Source: Thauera sp. UBA6194 (GTDB lineage: Bacteria > Pseudomonadota > Gammaproteobacteria > Burkholderiales > Rhodocyclaceae). Taken from it: a stretch of 24,000 nucleotides of DNA. The notes under the pieces were generated by a model. The model ran no database searches. It saw only the letters and a list, made by a program, of their open reading frames with translations, and was not told where the DNA came from. Of this stretch, positions 1 to 9,100 are shown in pieces (the first letter of the stretch is position 1; each line of letters begins with the position of its first letter). The DNA is taken from positions 565-24,564 of the forward strand of contig DITC01000022.1 in assembly GCA_002422685.1 (NCBI GenBank). Direction: 5' to 3'. Position numbers and translations under genes: made by a program.

Positions 1-1
1 C

Positions 2-49
2 TGGTGCCGGCAATAGGAATCGAACCCACGACCTTCTGATTACAAATCA
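2..49 (-). repeat. att repeat: truncated copy of the tRNA-Thr 3' part (anticodon stem to CCA)
   Basis: tggtgccggcaataggaatcgaacccacgaccttctgattacaaatca is identical over 48/48 bases to 23109..23156. The flanking bases differ (c1 vs a23108; c50 vs g23157). No tRNA 5' half follows it. Confidence 0.95.
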
Positions 50-67
50 CATTCTCGACCTCTTTGG

Positions 68-163
68 GAAGCATAGACATCCAACGACAGAAATAGCCAA
101 AACCCTTGCAAACACTGGCTTTCAGGCATATTCTCGAGACTCAGAAGCATAGACATCCGACGA
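68..163 (+). repeat. Pair of 20-bp direct repeats in the int-proximal arm (possible accessory protein binding sites)
   Basis: gaagcatagacatccNacga occurs at 68..87 and 144..163 (19/20 identical, 76 bp apart), between the att core and int. The function is inferred only. Confidence 0.55.
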
Positions 164-176
164 TCCGCATCAGCTC

Positions 177-210
177 GATTCGTTCCCCAGTCGTTCCCCG
201 ATCGTTCCCC
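177..210 (+). repeat. Three 11-bp-phased cgttcccc repeats (candidate integrase arm-type sites, left arm)
   Basis: cgttcccc occurs at 181, 192 and 203. The 25-bp block gattcgttccccagtcgttccccga (177..201) is identical to 23030..23054 at the other end of the element, in the same orientation. Confidence 0.7.
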
Positions 211-223
211 AGAGGTTCCAGAC

Positions 224-1570
224 ATGCCCCGCCAGCGCCTCACCCTGCCCCGCATCGCTGCCTTCAAGCCTGAGAAGGAAAGTTTTCTCTGGGACGAGGA
301 CATGCCGCGCCTCGCGGTGCGGGCGCGTCCGTCGGGCTCGAAGACGTTCATCTTCAAGGGCACGCTCGACGGCAAGGAGATCAAGGTCACCATCGGCAGT
401 ACCGACACATGGACAATCGAGGCAGCGCGCGAGCAGGCGCGGCTCTACCAGCGGCAGATCGACGATGGCAAGGATCCGCGGGACGTGATCCGCGAGCAGC
501 GCGAAGCAGAGGAGGCCGCGAAGGAGGCCGCCCAGGCTGCAGCAGCGGCCGCACGCGCCGAGATCGAGCGCGCCCAGCGTTACACCCTTCGCGCGCTCTG
601 CGACGCCTACACGGCCGCACTCGAGCGGGCAGGCAAGGCGAAGAGCGCAGCATCGACACGTTCCGCGTTCAAGTGCCACGTCGACGCCGAGACCGCGAGC
701 ACGCCGGCGAAGGACGTGACCGCCCACCAGCTGGCCGCCCTGGTGCGCAAGGTGCGCGAGGCAGGCAAGGAGCGCGCCGCCGGGATCCTGCGTAGCTACT
801 TGTCGGCAGCGTTCAACGCGGCCAAGCGCGCCCCCTTCGATTCCGCCCTTCCTGCAGACCTGATCCCGTTCGCCATCGAGCACAACCCCGTCGACGCGAT
901 CCCGGCAATCGCGGTGCAGCGTGGTGACCGCACCCTGAGCCCCGCCGAGCTCCGCACCTACCTCGGCCACATCCTGCGCGTCGGACAGGCGGATTCAGCC
1001 GGCCCCGACCTGGCCGACGTGGCTCTGCTGCTGGCGCTGCTGGCAGGCGGGCAGCGCATCGCCCAGTTGCTGCGTGCCAAGGTCTCCGACTTCGACGAGG
1101 AGGCCGGCACGCTGCGGCTGTGGGATGGCAAGGGCAAGCGCCGCACCGCCCGCGAACACGTTCTCCCCCTCGCGCCTCGCGCGGTCGAGCTGGTCACGTC
1201 GCTGGCCCGCCGCACGCAAGCACTCGGCGGCGAGCAATGGCTGTTCGCATCGTGGAAGGACACGAGGATGGCGGACGAAACCCCGGGCAAGCGCGCCGCC
1301 GAGATCTGCGAGGCGATGGGCTGCGAGTCGTTCAACCTGCGCGACATCCGCCGGACCGTCGAGACCATGCTCGCCGGGCTGGGCATCAGCAAGGACACCC
1401 GCGCGCAGTTGCTCTCCCATGGCATCAGCGGCGTGCAAGCGGCCCACTACGACCGGCATGAGTACATCGAGGAGAAGCGCGCCGCGCTGGTGGCGTGGGA
1501 GAACCGATTGATGGGGGTGGTCCGCGGCGAGAAGACACCATCGAACGTGCGGCAGTTGCGCGCAGCCTAG
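224..1570 (+). CDS. int: Tyrosine recombinase / phage integrase (P4-like, N-terminal arm-binding domain)
   Basis: 448 aa. The N-terminus FLWDEDMPRLAVRARPSGSKTFIFKGTLDGKEIKVTIG resembles the P4-type (DUF4102-like) arm-binding domain. The C-terminus carries catalytic-box patterns GGQRIAQLLRAKVSDFD, NLRDIRRT and LSHG..AAHYDRHEY. An agagg RBS lies 8 nt upstream. The gene sits next to the att repeat. Confidence 0.92.
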   Translation: MPRQRLTLPRIAAFKPEKESFLWDEDMPRLAVRARPSGSKTFIFKGTLDGKEIKVTIGSTDTWTIEAAREQARLYQRQIDDGKDPRDVIREQREAEEAAKEAAQAAAAAARAEIERAQRYTLRALCDAYTAALERAGKAKSAASTRSAFKCHVDAETASTPAKDVTAHQLAALVRKVREAGKERAAGILRSYLSAAFNAAKRAPFDSALPADLIPFAIEHNPVDAIPAIAVQRGDRTLSPAELRTYLGHILRVGQADSAGPDLADVALLLALLAGGQRIAQLLRAKVSDFDEEAGTLRLWDGKGKRRTAREHVLPLAPRAVELVTSLARRTQALGGEQWLFASWKDTRMADETPGKRAAEICEAMGCESFNLRDIRRTVETMLAGLGISKDTRAQLLSHGISGVQAAHYDRHEYIEEKRAALVAWENRLMGVVRGEKTPSNVRQLRAA

Positions 1571-1589
1571 TCCCCAGGCTCAAACTACC

Positions 1590-2210
1590 TCACGCCAAGC
1601 GCGTCACCCAATACGCCTCGGACACAATTGCGATCCCCGCGCCTTCCTCGCAATACTGCGCCGCCTTCGCGATCTTGGTGCCGAAGCTCGAATGACGCCA
1701 GAAATCTGAGCCCACGGAACCGATCACCAGATAGTTGAGCTTCTTGGTGACGCCCTTGGCCGGCTCGCCACCGCGCGCGAGCACAGCCTCGTGGCAGTCC
1801 GCCCGCGAACCGAACTCAAACACGCCGGTGAAGCAGAAGCTGCGACCCGGATAGAGAATCTCGGGCGCCGGCGCGGTCAGCGGCAAGGTGCTGGGAGCCG
1901 GCGCAGCCCCCACGCCAGCAGGGGCAGCAATCTGCATCAGCAGGCCGAGCAGTTCCCCGGCTTCGTCCGGGTCGAGCACCCCGTCGGCCAGCATGGCGCG
2001 CAGCCGGTCGTAAAGCACGCTGGCAGGCCAGGTATCGAGGCACTCCATGTTCCCGTGCAGCCACGCGAGGATGCCGTCGGCCTCATGCTGCTCGACCTTC
2101 CCGTCCAGTAGCGCCCCCTTTGCGAGGCCGATCAACTCGTCGATCTGCCGTTTCACGATGCGATCGGCGTGAATGCCCCGCAGCGCGTAGTCGTTGGGTT
2201 CCCGAGCCAT
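1590..2210 (-). CDS. BRCT domain-containing protein with an N-terminal helical domain of unknown function
   Basis: 206 aa. The C-terminus GRSFCFTGVFEFGSRADCHEAVLARGGEPAKGVTKKLNYLVIGSVGS...KIAKAAQY..GIAIVSEAYW follows the LigA-type BRCT pattern. A GGAGG RBS lies 5 nt upstream of the ATG. Convergent with int (19-bp gap). Confidence 0.75.
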   Translation of the reverse strand: MAREPNDYALRGIHADRIVKRQIDELIGLAKGALLDGKVEQHEADGILAWLHGNMECLDTWPASVLYDRLRAMLADGVLDPDEAGELLGLLMQIAAPAGVGAAPAPSTLPLTAPAPEILYPGRSFCFTGVFEFGSRADCHEAVLARGGEPAKGVTKKLNYLVIGSVGSDFWRHSSFGTKIAKAAQYCEEGAGIAIVSEAYWVTRLA

Positions 2211-2395
2211 ACAGCCTCCAAGTCTATGACGTATGGAAAAGGTATCACGGTAGCGTCATCGCGCATAGGCGAACCGCGGACCCGTTGCGCCCTGCCCTGT
2301 CGTGACCTGTCAAGGGCCTGAACAAGCGCGACGAGACAAAACGCGCCCGCCCCCTGCATCATCGGCCCTGCCTTAGACCCCAGAGCCATAACGCG

Positions 2396-2620
2396 ATGCA
2401 CGAACCCGAGTTCCAGGAAATATTCAACGGTGCCGACCTGCCCGCCGCGGTGATCAGCGCGAAGACGGGTGCCGCGCTGCTCGACGTGTCGGAGCGGCAG
2501 TGGCATCGACTGGTCGCGCGCGGTCTGCTGCCCCGCCCGATCAAGCTGGGGCGCAACACGCGCTGGCGCATGGCCGAGGTCGAGGCAGCACTCGAATCCA
2601 TTCCACCGAGCGAGGCCTGA
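2396..2620 (+). CDS. AlpA/excisionase-type HTH DNA-binding protein
   Basis: 74 aa. LLDVSERQWHRLVARGLLPRPIKLGRNTRWRMAEVEAAL matches the AlpA/Xis (HTH_17-like) pattern. First gene of the long plus-strand operon. Confidence 0.8.
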   Translation: MHEPEFQEIFNGADLPAAVISAKTGAALLDVSERQWHRLVARGLLPRPIKLGRNTRWRMAEVEAALESIPPSEA

Positions 2621-2702
2621 TGTGACCCCACAAAAAGGAAACGCTCACCGAGGCCTGGCCGCCAAGGTGAGCGCAAATGCAAAGCAATGTGACGTTGCGG
2701 AT

Positions 2703-3155
2703 GTGAGCCTACCTCACATCGAAGAAGCGATCTACCCCGATGTGTTCGCCGAGACCGCCCTCGCCTTCGCAATGCTGGCCATGGGCGAGCACGGTGTGAT
2801 CGACGACATGCACGCCGCCTCGGAGCTCCAGGCGATGGGCTGGCCTGTTCGCGTGTGGGACATCGAGTGCTCCGACGGCATCCGCCCGATTCCGCTCTGG
2901 GCCTTGCGTGAGTGGCTCGAGGATCGGCCGCGCGGCTGCTTCGATGAGTGGCTGCAGCGGTTCGACGACGCCTTCACCGAGATCCGCCTGCAGGCGCGAG
3001 GCAAAGACCGCGCCGCCCTCGAGTTGATCGACTGGTTCATTGAAGACCCCGCCAACCGGACCAGCGCAGCGCGCCGCGCCCTGCCGTCGTCCACCGAATA
3101 CGCTGCCATCGCGGCCCGCACTCTGAAGGAAAAGAACAATGGCTCTTGGCACTGA
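2703..3155 (+). CDS. Hypothetical protein (start uncertain)
   Basis: Frame of track ORF 2469..3155. Its first ~78 codons overlap the AlpA-like gene out of frame and look like GC shadow, so the start is moved to GTG 2703 (alternatives: GTG 2622, ATG 2772). The 3' end overlaps the giant ORF start by 17 nt. No motif recognised. Confidence 0.5.
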   Translation: MSLPHIEEAIYPDVFAETALAFAMLAMGEHGVIDDMHAASELQAMGWPVRVWDIECSDGIRPIPLWALREWLEDRPRGCFDEWLQRFDDAFTEIRLQARGKDRAALELIDWFIEDPANRTSAARRALPSSTEYAAIAARTLKEKNNGSWH

Positions 3156-6100
3156 CGACAAGATGCCCCGTGGCACGGTGGATGAGTTCAACAACCTTCG
3201 CCCGCTACCTGGCGCACCTGCCCCCGCGCAACCGCAACCGGCCGCCGGCCCGTGGCAGCGCTTCCAGCCCCAGGCCCAGGCCCAGCAGCCCGCTACCCAA
3301 GCGGCGCCACCGGTTACCGACTGGTCGAAGTTCGTGCCCGATCAGCCTGCCGCCCCGCAGACCGATTGGGGACAGTTCGTACCCGATCAGCCGCGCGAGA
3401 TGGGCATCATCAGCACGTTGGCGCAAGGCTTCCGCAACACCGGCCGCGCAGTCGGTGCAGCCGCCGACGTAGCACTCGACGATCGAGCAAGCGTGGTCGA
3501 GCGCGCGAACGCCCAGGCCGCCGCACCGAAGAACGAGAACCTGCGCGCCTTTGAAGGTGCGATCGAAAACCGCCGCGCCGCACTGGGCACCGACGACCCG
3601 GGTTTGCTGGATGCGCTGGGTGTGGTCGGCGGCGCGGTGCTCGCCCAGCCGAAGGGCGCCGGTTACGCGGTGCTCGAGCAGGCGCCGAACGCCGTGGCCG
3701 CCCTCGCCCCAGCTTGGGCAGGTGCGAAGCTGGGCGCCACCGCAGGCGCAGCTATTCCGCTGCCGGGCGCAGCACCCGCGCTCGGTGTGGTCGGCGGCCT
3801 GGCTGGCCTGTTCTTGGGTAACACCGCGCTCGAGGTCGGGCACAAGGCTATGGAAAAGGCGACCGACGGCCAGTTCACCGCCGCCGAGCGCGAGACCGCA
3901 TTCGTCGAAGGCGGAACGAAGGCTGCCACGATCACCGGCATCGATGCCGCGACGCTGGGCCTGTCGAAATGGATCATGGGTGCGACCTCTCGCGCCGTCG
4001 AGCGCGCCACCACGCGCGCCCTGACCGATGCCGGCGTCGATGTCGGCAACGAGGTGGCCGTGATGGCCGCCCGCCGATCGCCTGAGATGGTGAAGGCGGT
4101 GCGACAGGCACAAGAGGCAGCCATCGACACCACCGCCACGTTCGGCCGCAAGGCTGCCCGCGCTGGCGCAGCGCTCGGCCTCGAGACGATCGGTGAAGGC
4201 CTCGGCGAATACCTCGGCGAGCTCGCTGCAACGGGGAAGGCCGACGCGATCGACGCCGTGCTCGAGAGCGTGCTCAGCCTCGGCCAGTCGGGCGCAGAGG
4301 TCGCTTGGGGCGCATCGCGCAACGCCGCATCGATGGCCGCCGCCCGCCTCAACCCGGCCGCTGGTCCGAACAGCCGCGCCGCCATCGTCGCCTTGAACCA
4401 GCAGGCGCAGGGCAAGCTGCCACCGACTGAAGGCCCCCGCGCCGGCACGATGCAACAGGCTGCAGCAGCGGGGCAACTGGGCGGTGATTTGAATAACCAA
4501 GTGCCGACCGACTGGGCGCAGCAGATCGACGCGGCACTCGGCACCGCGCCCGCACAGCAAGAAGCGCAACCGATGGCGTCGCCCTGGCTCGATTACGAGC
4601 AGCAGGCACCGGCGACGGACTTGTCCGGATTCGTGCCCGATGCAGTCCCGGCCGGGTTCGTGCCGGACGCGAACCAGAACACCATCGAGACCTCCCCCGG
4701 CACCGCGCCGACCGCCACGACCAGCCCCGCGGCACCGAACGGCCAGCAGGATCAGCAGCAGGCCCCACGCCTCGTGCCGATGAAGGACGAGACCGCCGCA
4801 GCACGCCGCGCTGAAGTGGTCGCCAAGCGAACCGGCGTGCAGCACCTCGTGATTCCGCATCCGACCGTGGCCGGGCGCTTTGCTGTGGTGCCGGCCGACT
4901 CGCCGCTCGCCGCACCGACTGCCCAGACTGAGGGGCTCGACACTGCCGGCCTCTTCCAGACCCAGGTACCTATCCCGCTGAAGAACGCGCGCAACCTCGC
5001 CGGCATGATGTCGATGGCCGGCGGTGTCGAGCATGCCGTCGTGCCCGCCCCTACCGGTGATGGCTTCGGCGTGGCGCCCGTCGATCAACTTTCGCCCGCC
5101 CAGCTCCAGCAGTGGGCAGGCTTCCAACCCGGAACGCGGCGCGGTGCGGCCCGCCGCGTTCCAGGCCCGTCGGCCGCACCGACGGCAACGGCAACGCCCG
5201 CCCCCTCGGCGAGCACGACCAGCAGCACGGCCACCCCGATCGGGACGCCGGACGCTGGCCCCGAACTCGCCCAGGTGACCGGCGCGACGCCGCAAGCAGC
5301 ACCAGCAGCACCCGCAGTCCCGGAAGGCGCGCAGGGTCTCAACACCGAGGCCCAGCGCGCTGCACCGGCCCTGCCCCAGATCGACAGCAACACCTTCACC
5401 TCTGCCGTGGGCAACGCCCAGAGCACGATCCGCCGCGAACGCTGGACGGTGGACGGCGGCCGACGCTTCGAAGGTCGGATCCGCGCTGAACTCGAGCGTG
5501 CAGGCGTGTCGGCGAACGCGGCCCAGGCGGTGATCGACCTCGCGAAGCAGCAGAGTCCGGGCGACGCATTCGTGACCGGTGACGCGCTGGCGCAGGCGGC
5601 GCGCACGCTGGGCGTGATCAGCTCCGCATCGAGGACGACAACGCCGCAGCAGGACAAGCCCACCACCACCACCACCACCCGCGCCATCGTTCCCGGCCAG
5701 ACCGCCAAGGGCCGTGACGTGCTCCTCGCGCAGGTCGAGCAACTGAAGCAGCGCACCGCGCCCGCCGATCTGGTCAACGACTACAATGACCTGAAGGCCC
5801 GCATCGCCGACGCCCGCCGCCGCGCCGCCCTGAAGGCCACGAAGCGCACCGAGTCCGAGCGCCTCACCGAGTGGGCGGACAACCAAGATCGCGAACTCGA
5901 GCGCCTGCGCAACGAGATTGGGTTCGTAGAGCTGAAGGCCGGCACCGCGCGGTACAAGGTGCTCAACACGCCCGAGAACCTCGAGGTCTTCGCGCAGAAG
6001 CTGAAGAAGGCACCCGTCGGCCGATGGACGGTGACCGTCAAGCCTGAGGAGATTTACGACAATGTCGAAACCCGACCTGGCACAACCGAAGCCCAGCGTG

Positions 6101-9100
6101 AGACTGGCCGCAGTGCGGTGCGTGAGCTGGCCCGACGGGTCACGGCTCATCTACAGCGCCGAGGGAATCACCAAGATCGAGCCGCAATCGAGGTACTCGG
6201 CTCCCGCCTCTACGACGGATTCGCCGCCAACGGTGGCGTCGACCTCGTCGGCCAGCGAGTAACCAGCGCCGAAGACCTCGCCGTCTTGGCGCAGGTTTTC
6301 AGAGATCCCCGCTTCGAAACTTTTCGGGTCTTCTATACCGACCAGCAGGGCGTTGTCGTCGGTGAGGGCGCGTATTCGAGCCGCCTGCCCGCTGCTGTCA
6401 ATCTGCCGAACGACTTCGACGCCCACATCCGCCGCGACATGGGGCGCTTCGGCGCGACCGGCTTCTGGGTGCTTCACAACCACCCGTCCGGCCGCGCCAC
6501 CCCGTCACCGGCCGACGTCAATCTAACGAAGTGGATCGCCAGCAGCGTAAGCGGCTTCCGCGGTCACGTCGTGATCGATCACAACGAGTTCGCGACCATC
6601 GGCGGACAGGGCGCGGTGCAGGTCGTTCAGGCGCCGCAGCTCAACGGCACCGACTTCGGCAGCAAACCCGAGCTCGATCATCACATGCTCGGCAGCACGA
6701 TCAACGGTGAGCGGGACGTCGTGCAGGCCGCCAAAGCGCTGCAGGTGAAGAACGGGCACGCGGCCCTGATCTTCCTACGCCGCGACCAGAAAGTGCAGCT
6801 CGTGATGGATGTGCCGATGGCGTTGCTCCAGGACACCAGCCGCGCCGCCCTTGGCAAGCTGCGTGCAGTCGTGCGGGCGTTTGCGCGCGAGTCCGGGGCC
6901 GGTGGCTGGCGCTTCCTTGTACTGCCCGACGGCGTCAGCCCGGAGCCGATGAAGCGGCTGGTGCTGGACAACATCTTCACCGACATCGTGTCCGCGGATG
7001 GCACGACCGCCGGCAACTTCGGCGCGGTCACCACTGGCGACTTCCTCGATTACAGCCCGCCGATTCGTCGCGTGAAGGAGGCCGACGAGCCCAGTCGCGC
7101 GCAGACCGACACAGCTGCCTTCCGCCGCTGGTTCGGCAACAGCCAAGCCATCGACGACAACGGCCAGCCGCTGGTGATGTACCACGGCACGAACAAAGAC
7201 ATCACCGCGTTCAAAGCCGGCCGCGGTGGCGGGGCAATCTGGTTCGCCACCGACCCCACGCTCGCGAACATGTTCGTCGCCGGCGGCCGCCAGCGCATGG
7301 CCGAGGGCAACCGCAAAGGCTCGGCGGTCTATCCGGTGTTCCTGTCGGTGCAGAACCCGCTCGACTTGGGCGACGCATCGCCCCAGGACAACAGCCCCTA
7401 CTCGTACGTGCTGAAGGCCGCCGGCCTGCCCGCGAATTACGACGCGGTCGCAGAAATCGCCCGCCGCAACCTCGAAAGTGGGTATGCCGGCGTGAGCCCG
7501 TCGGCACAGGATCCGATCGCAACCCTGACCGAAACCTACATGGCCCGGTACAACCGGCTATCCGACATCCTCGATAACCCGGGGCTGATCGAGGTACTGC
7601 AGGAAGCCGGCTTCGATGGGATCAAGATGCAGGAACAGGGCGTGACCACCTTCGCGGTGTTCAGGCCCGAGCAGATCAAGAGCGCCACCGGCAACGCTGG
7701 CACCTTCGATCCGGCCGATCCGTCGATCGTGCGCGAGGACACCGCCGACCCGTACAACACCATCGAGACCCGCCCGAACACGACCGAGGCCCAGCTCGAC
7801 ACCGGCCGCGCCGCCCTCGCCGACGTGCAGCGGCGCATTCTCAGTCTTCGCGGCCAGCGGATCGGCGCGGCGGTGCTGGGCTCGCGCCTGGCCGCTGACC
7901 TCGCCACCACCGGCGGCGCGCAACTGATCGGCCAAGAGGTGCGCGACGCGAGCGACCTGGCGGTGTTGGGGCAGATCTTCAGAGATCCCCGCTTCGAGAC
8001 CTGGCGAGCCATTTTCGTGAAGGACGGGAAGATTGTTGGTGAGCACGCTTACAGCTCGCGCCTGCCCTCCTCGGTGCTCATGCCGCGCGGCATCGATCAG
8101 TGGCTCAAGACCCAATCGGAGAAATACGGCGCGGACGCCGTATTCACACTACATAATCACCCGAACGGCACCGCAAGGCCATCGGACGGCGACATGCACT
8201 TCGCGGCCCGACTGCGTCGTGAAGTTCCGAACTGGAAGGGCGAGATCATCATCGACAGCTCGGAATATGCCGTACTCACCGGCCTCGGTGTGCCGTCTGA
8301 GAGCTCCGAGAGCATGAGCGTGCGCGACCTGGCCGAATACGGCGCGACGGTAACCTTTGCCCCGCGCCTGGCTTCGGTCGACTTCAACTCTTCCCCCGAG
8401 CTCGAACACCGCCTCCTCGGCCTGCCGATCGGCGACCCGGCGAACATCGCGAAACTGGGCAAGGCCCTGCAGATTCCGGGCGGGCATGCCGCGATGATCG
8501 TGACCAGCGAGGGCAAGGTGCAGGCCCTGCTCGACGTTCCTGTCGCGCCCTTGCTCGACACCAAGTCGAAGCTGGGCCGCGCGAAGATCATGGCCATGGT
8601 CCGCCGAATCTCCCGTGCAACCGGCGGCGAGTCGCGGTTCCTCGTGGTGCCCAAGGGCGCGAAACTCGACCGCTGGTTTGTGCGCCAAGGCATCTTCCAG
8701 GACGTGGTGAGCGAGACCGGCACATCGATGTTGGCCGCCGTGCGCAAGTGGAACGGCGACCCGAATTGGTTCCCGATGGACCAGATCGGGCGCAACGCCG
8801 GCCGCAGCGCCCGCCTGCTGTACGAGCCCGCCGCTGGCTACGACGCCGCGGAGCCCGGCACGCGCCGCAGCCGCGCCGCCGAGCCGCAGCAGACCGAGGC
8901 GATCGAGGACTTCACGCCCGAGCGCGCCACCGTCGGCGAGTGGATCGCGCACCAGCTCAAGCAGAACAGGGGCTGGGCGATGGGTGCGCTGACGCGTGAC
9001 CAGCTCGCCGACATTTATGGCGCCAGCATGCCGGCAGTTGAGCAGTTCGACCGCACCGTGCAAGCGATGGACCTCGTTCGGAATCGCATGATGGAACAGG

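Noticed and set aside
170-970. 266-aa minus-strand ORF and other ORFs overlapping the integrase gene (387..1511)
   Set aside because: These are shadow ORFs. The plus-frame product has clear tyrosine-recombinase features.
2469-2702. N-terminal extension of the 228-aa ORF overlapping the AlpA-like gene
   Set aside because: The extension overlaps the well-supported AlpA-like frame and looks non-protein-like (MPRCSTCRSGSGIDWSRAVCC...). The start was moved downstream but remains uncertain.
5662-5679. (ACC)6 microsatellite in the giant ORF as a phase-variation switch
   Set aside because: Slippage of a trinucleotide unit keeps the reading frame, so it can only vary a Thr linker. It cannot switch the gene on or off.
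3205-6150. 981-aa minus-strand ORF antisense to the giant gene, plus many other antisense or out-of-frame ORFs between 3146 and 11559
   Set aside because: The composition is R/G/A/L/C-rich with no recognisable motif. This is typical of stop-codon-poor shadow frames in high-GC DNA. All recognisable domains (JAB, ART-like, PLxRFG) lie in the plus frame starting at 3139.
6055-8760. Internal duplication as a diversity-generating retroelement (TR/VR) pair
   Set aside because: There is no reverse transcriptase gene in the window. The copies are diverged at the protein level, with only a 20-nt identical stretch and no adenine-specific substitution pattern.
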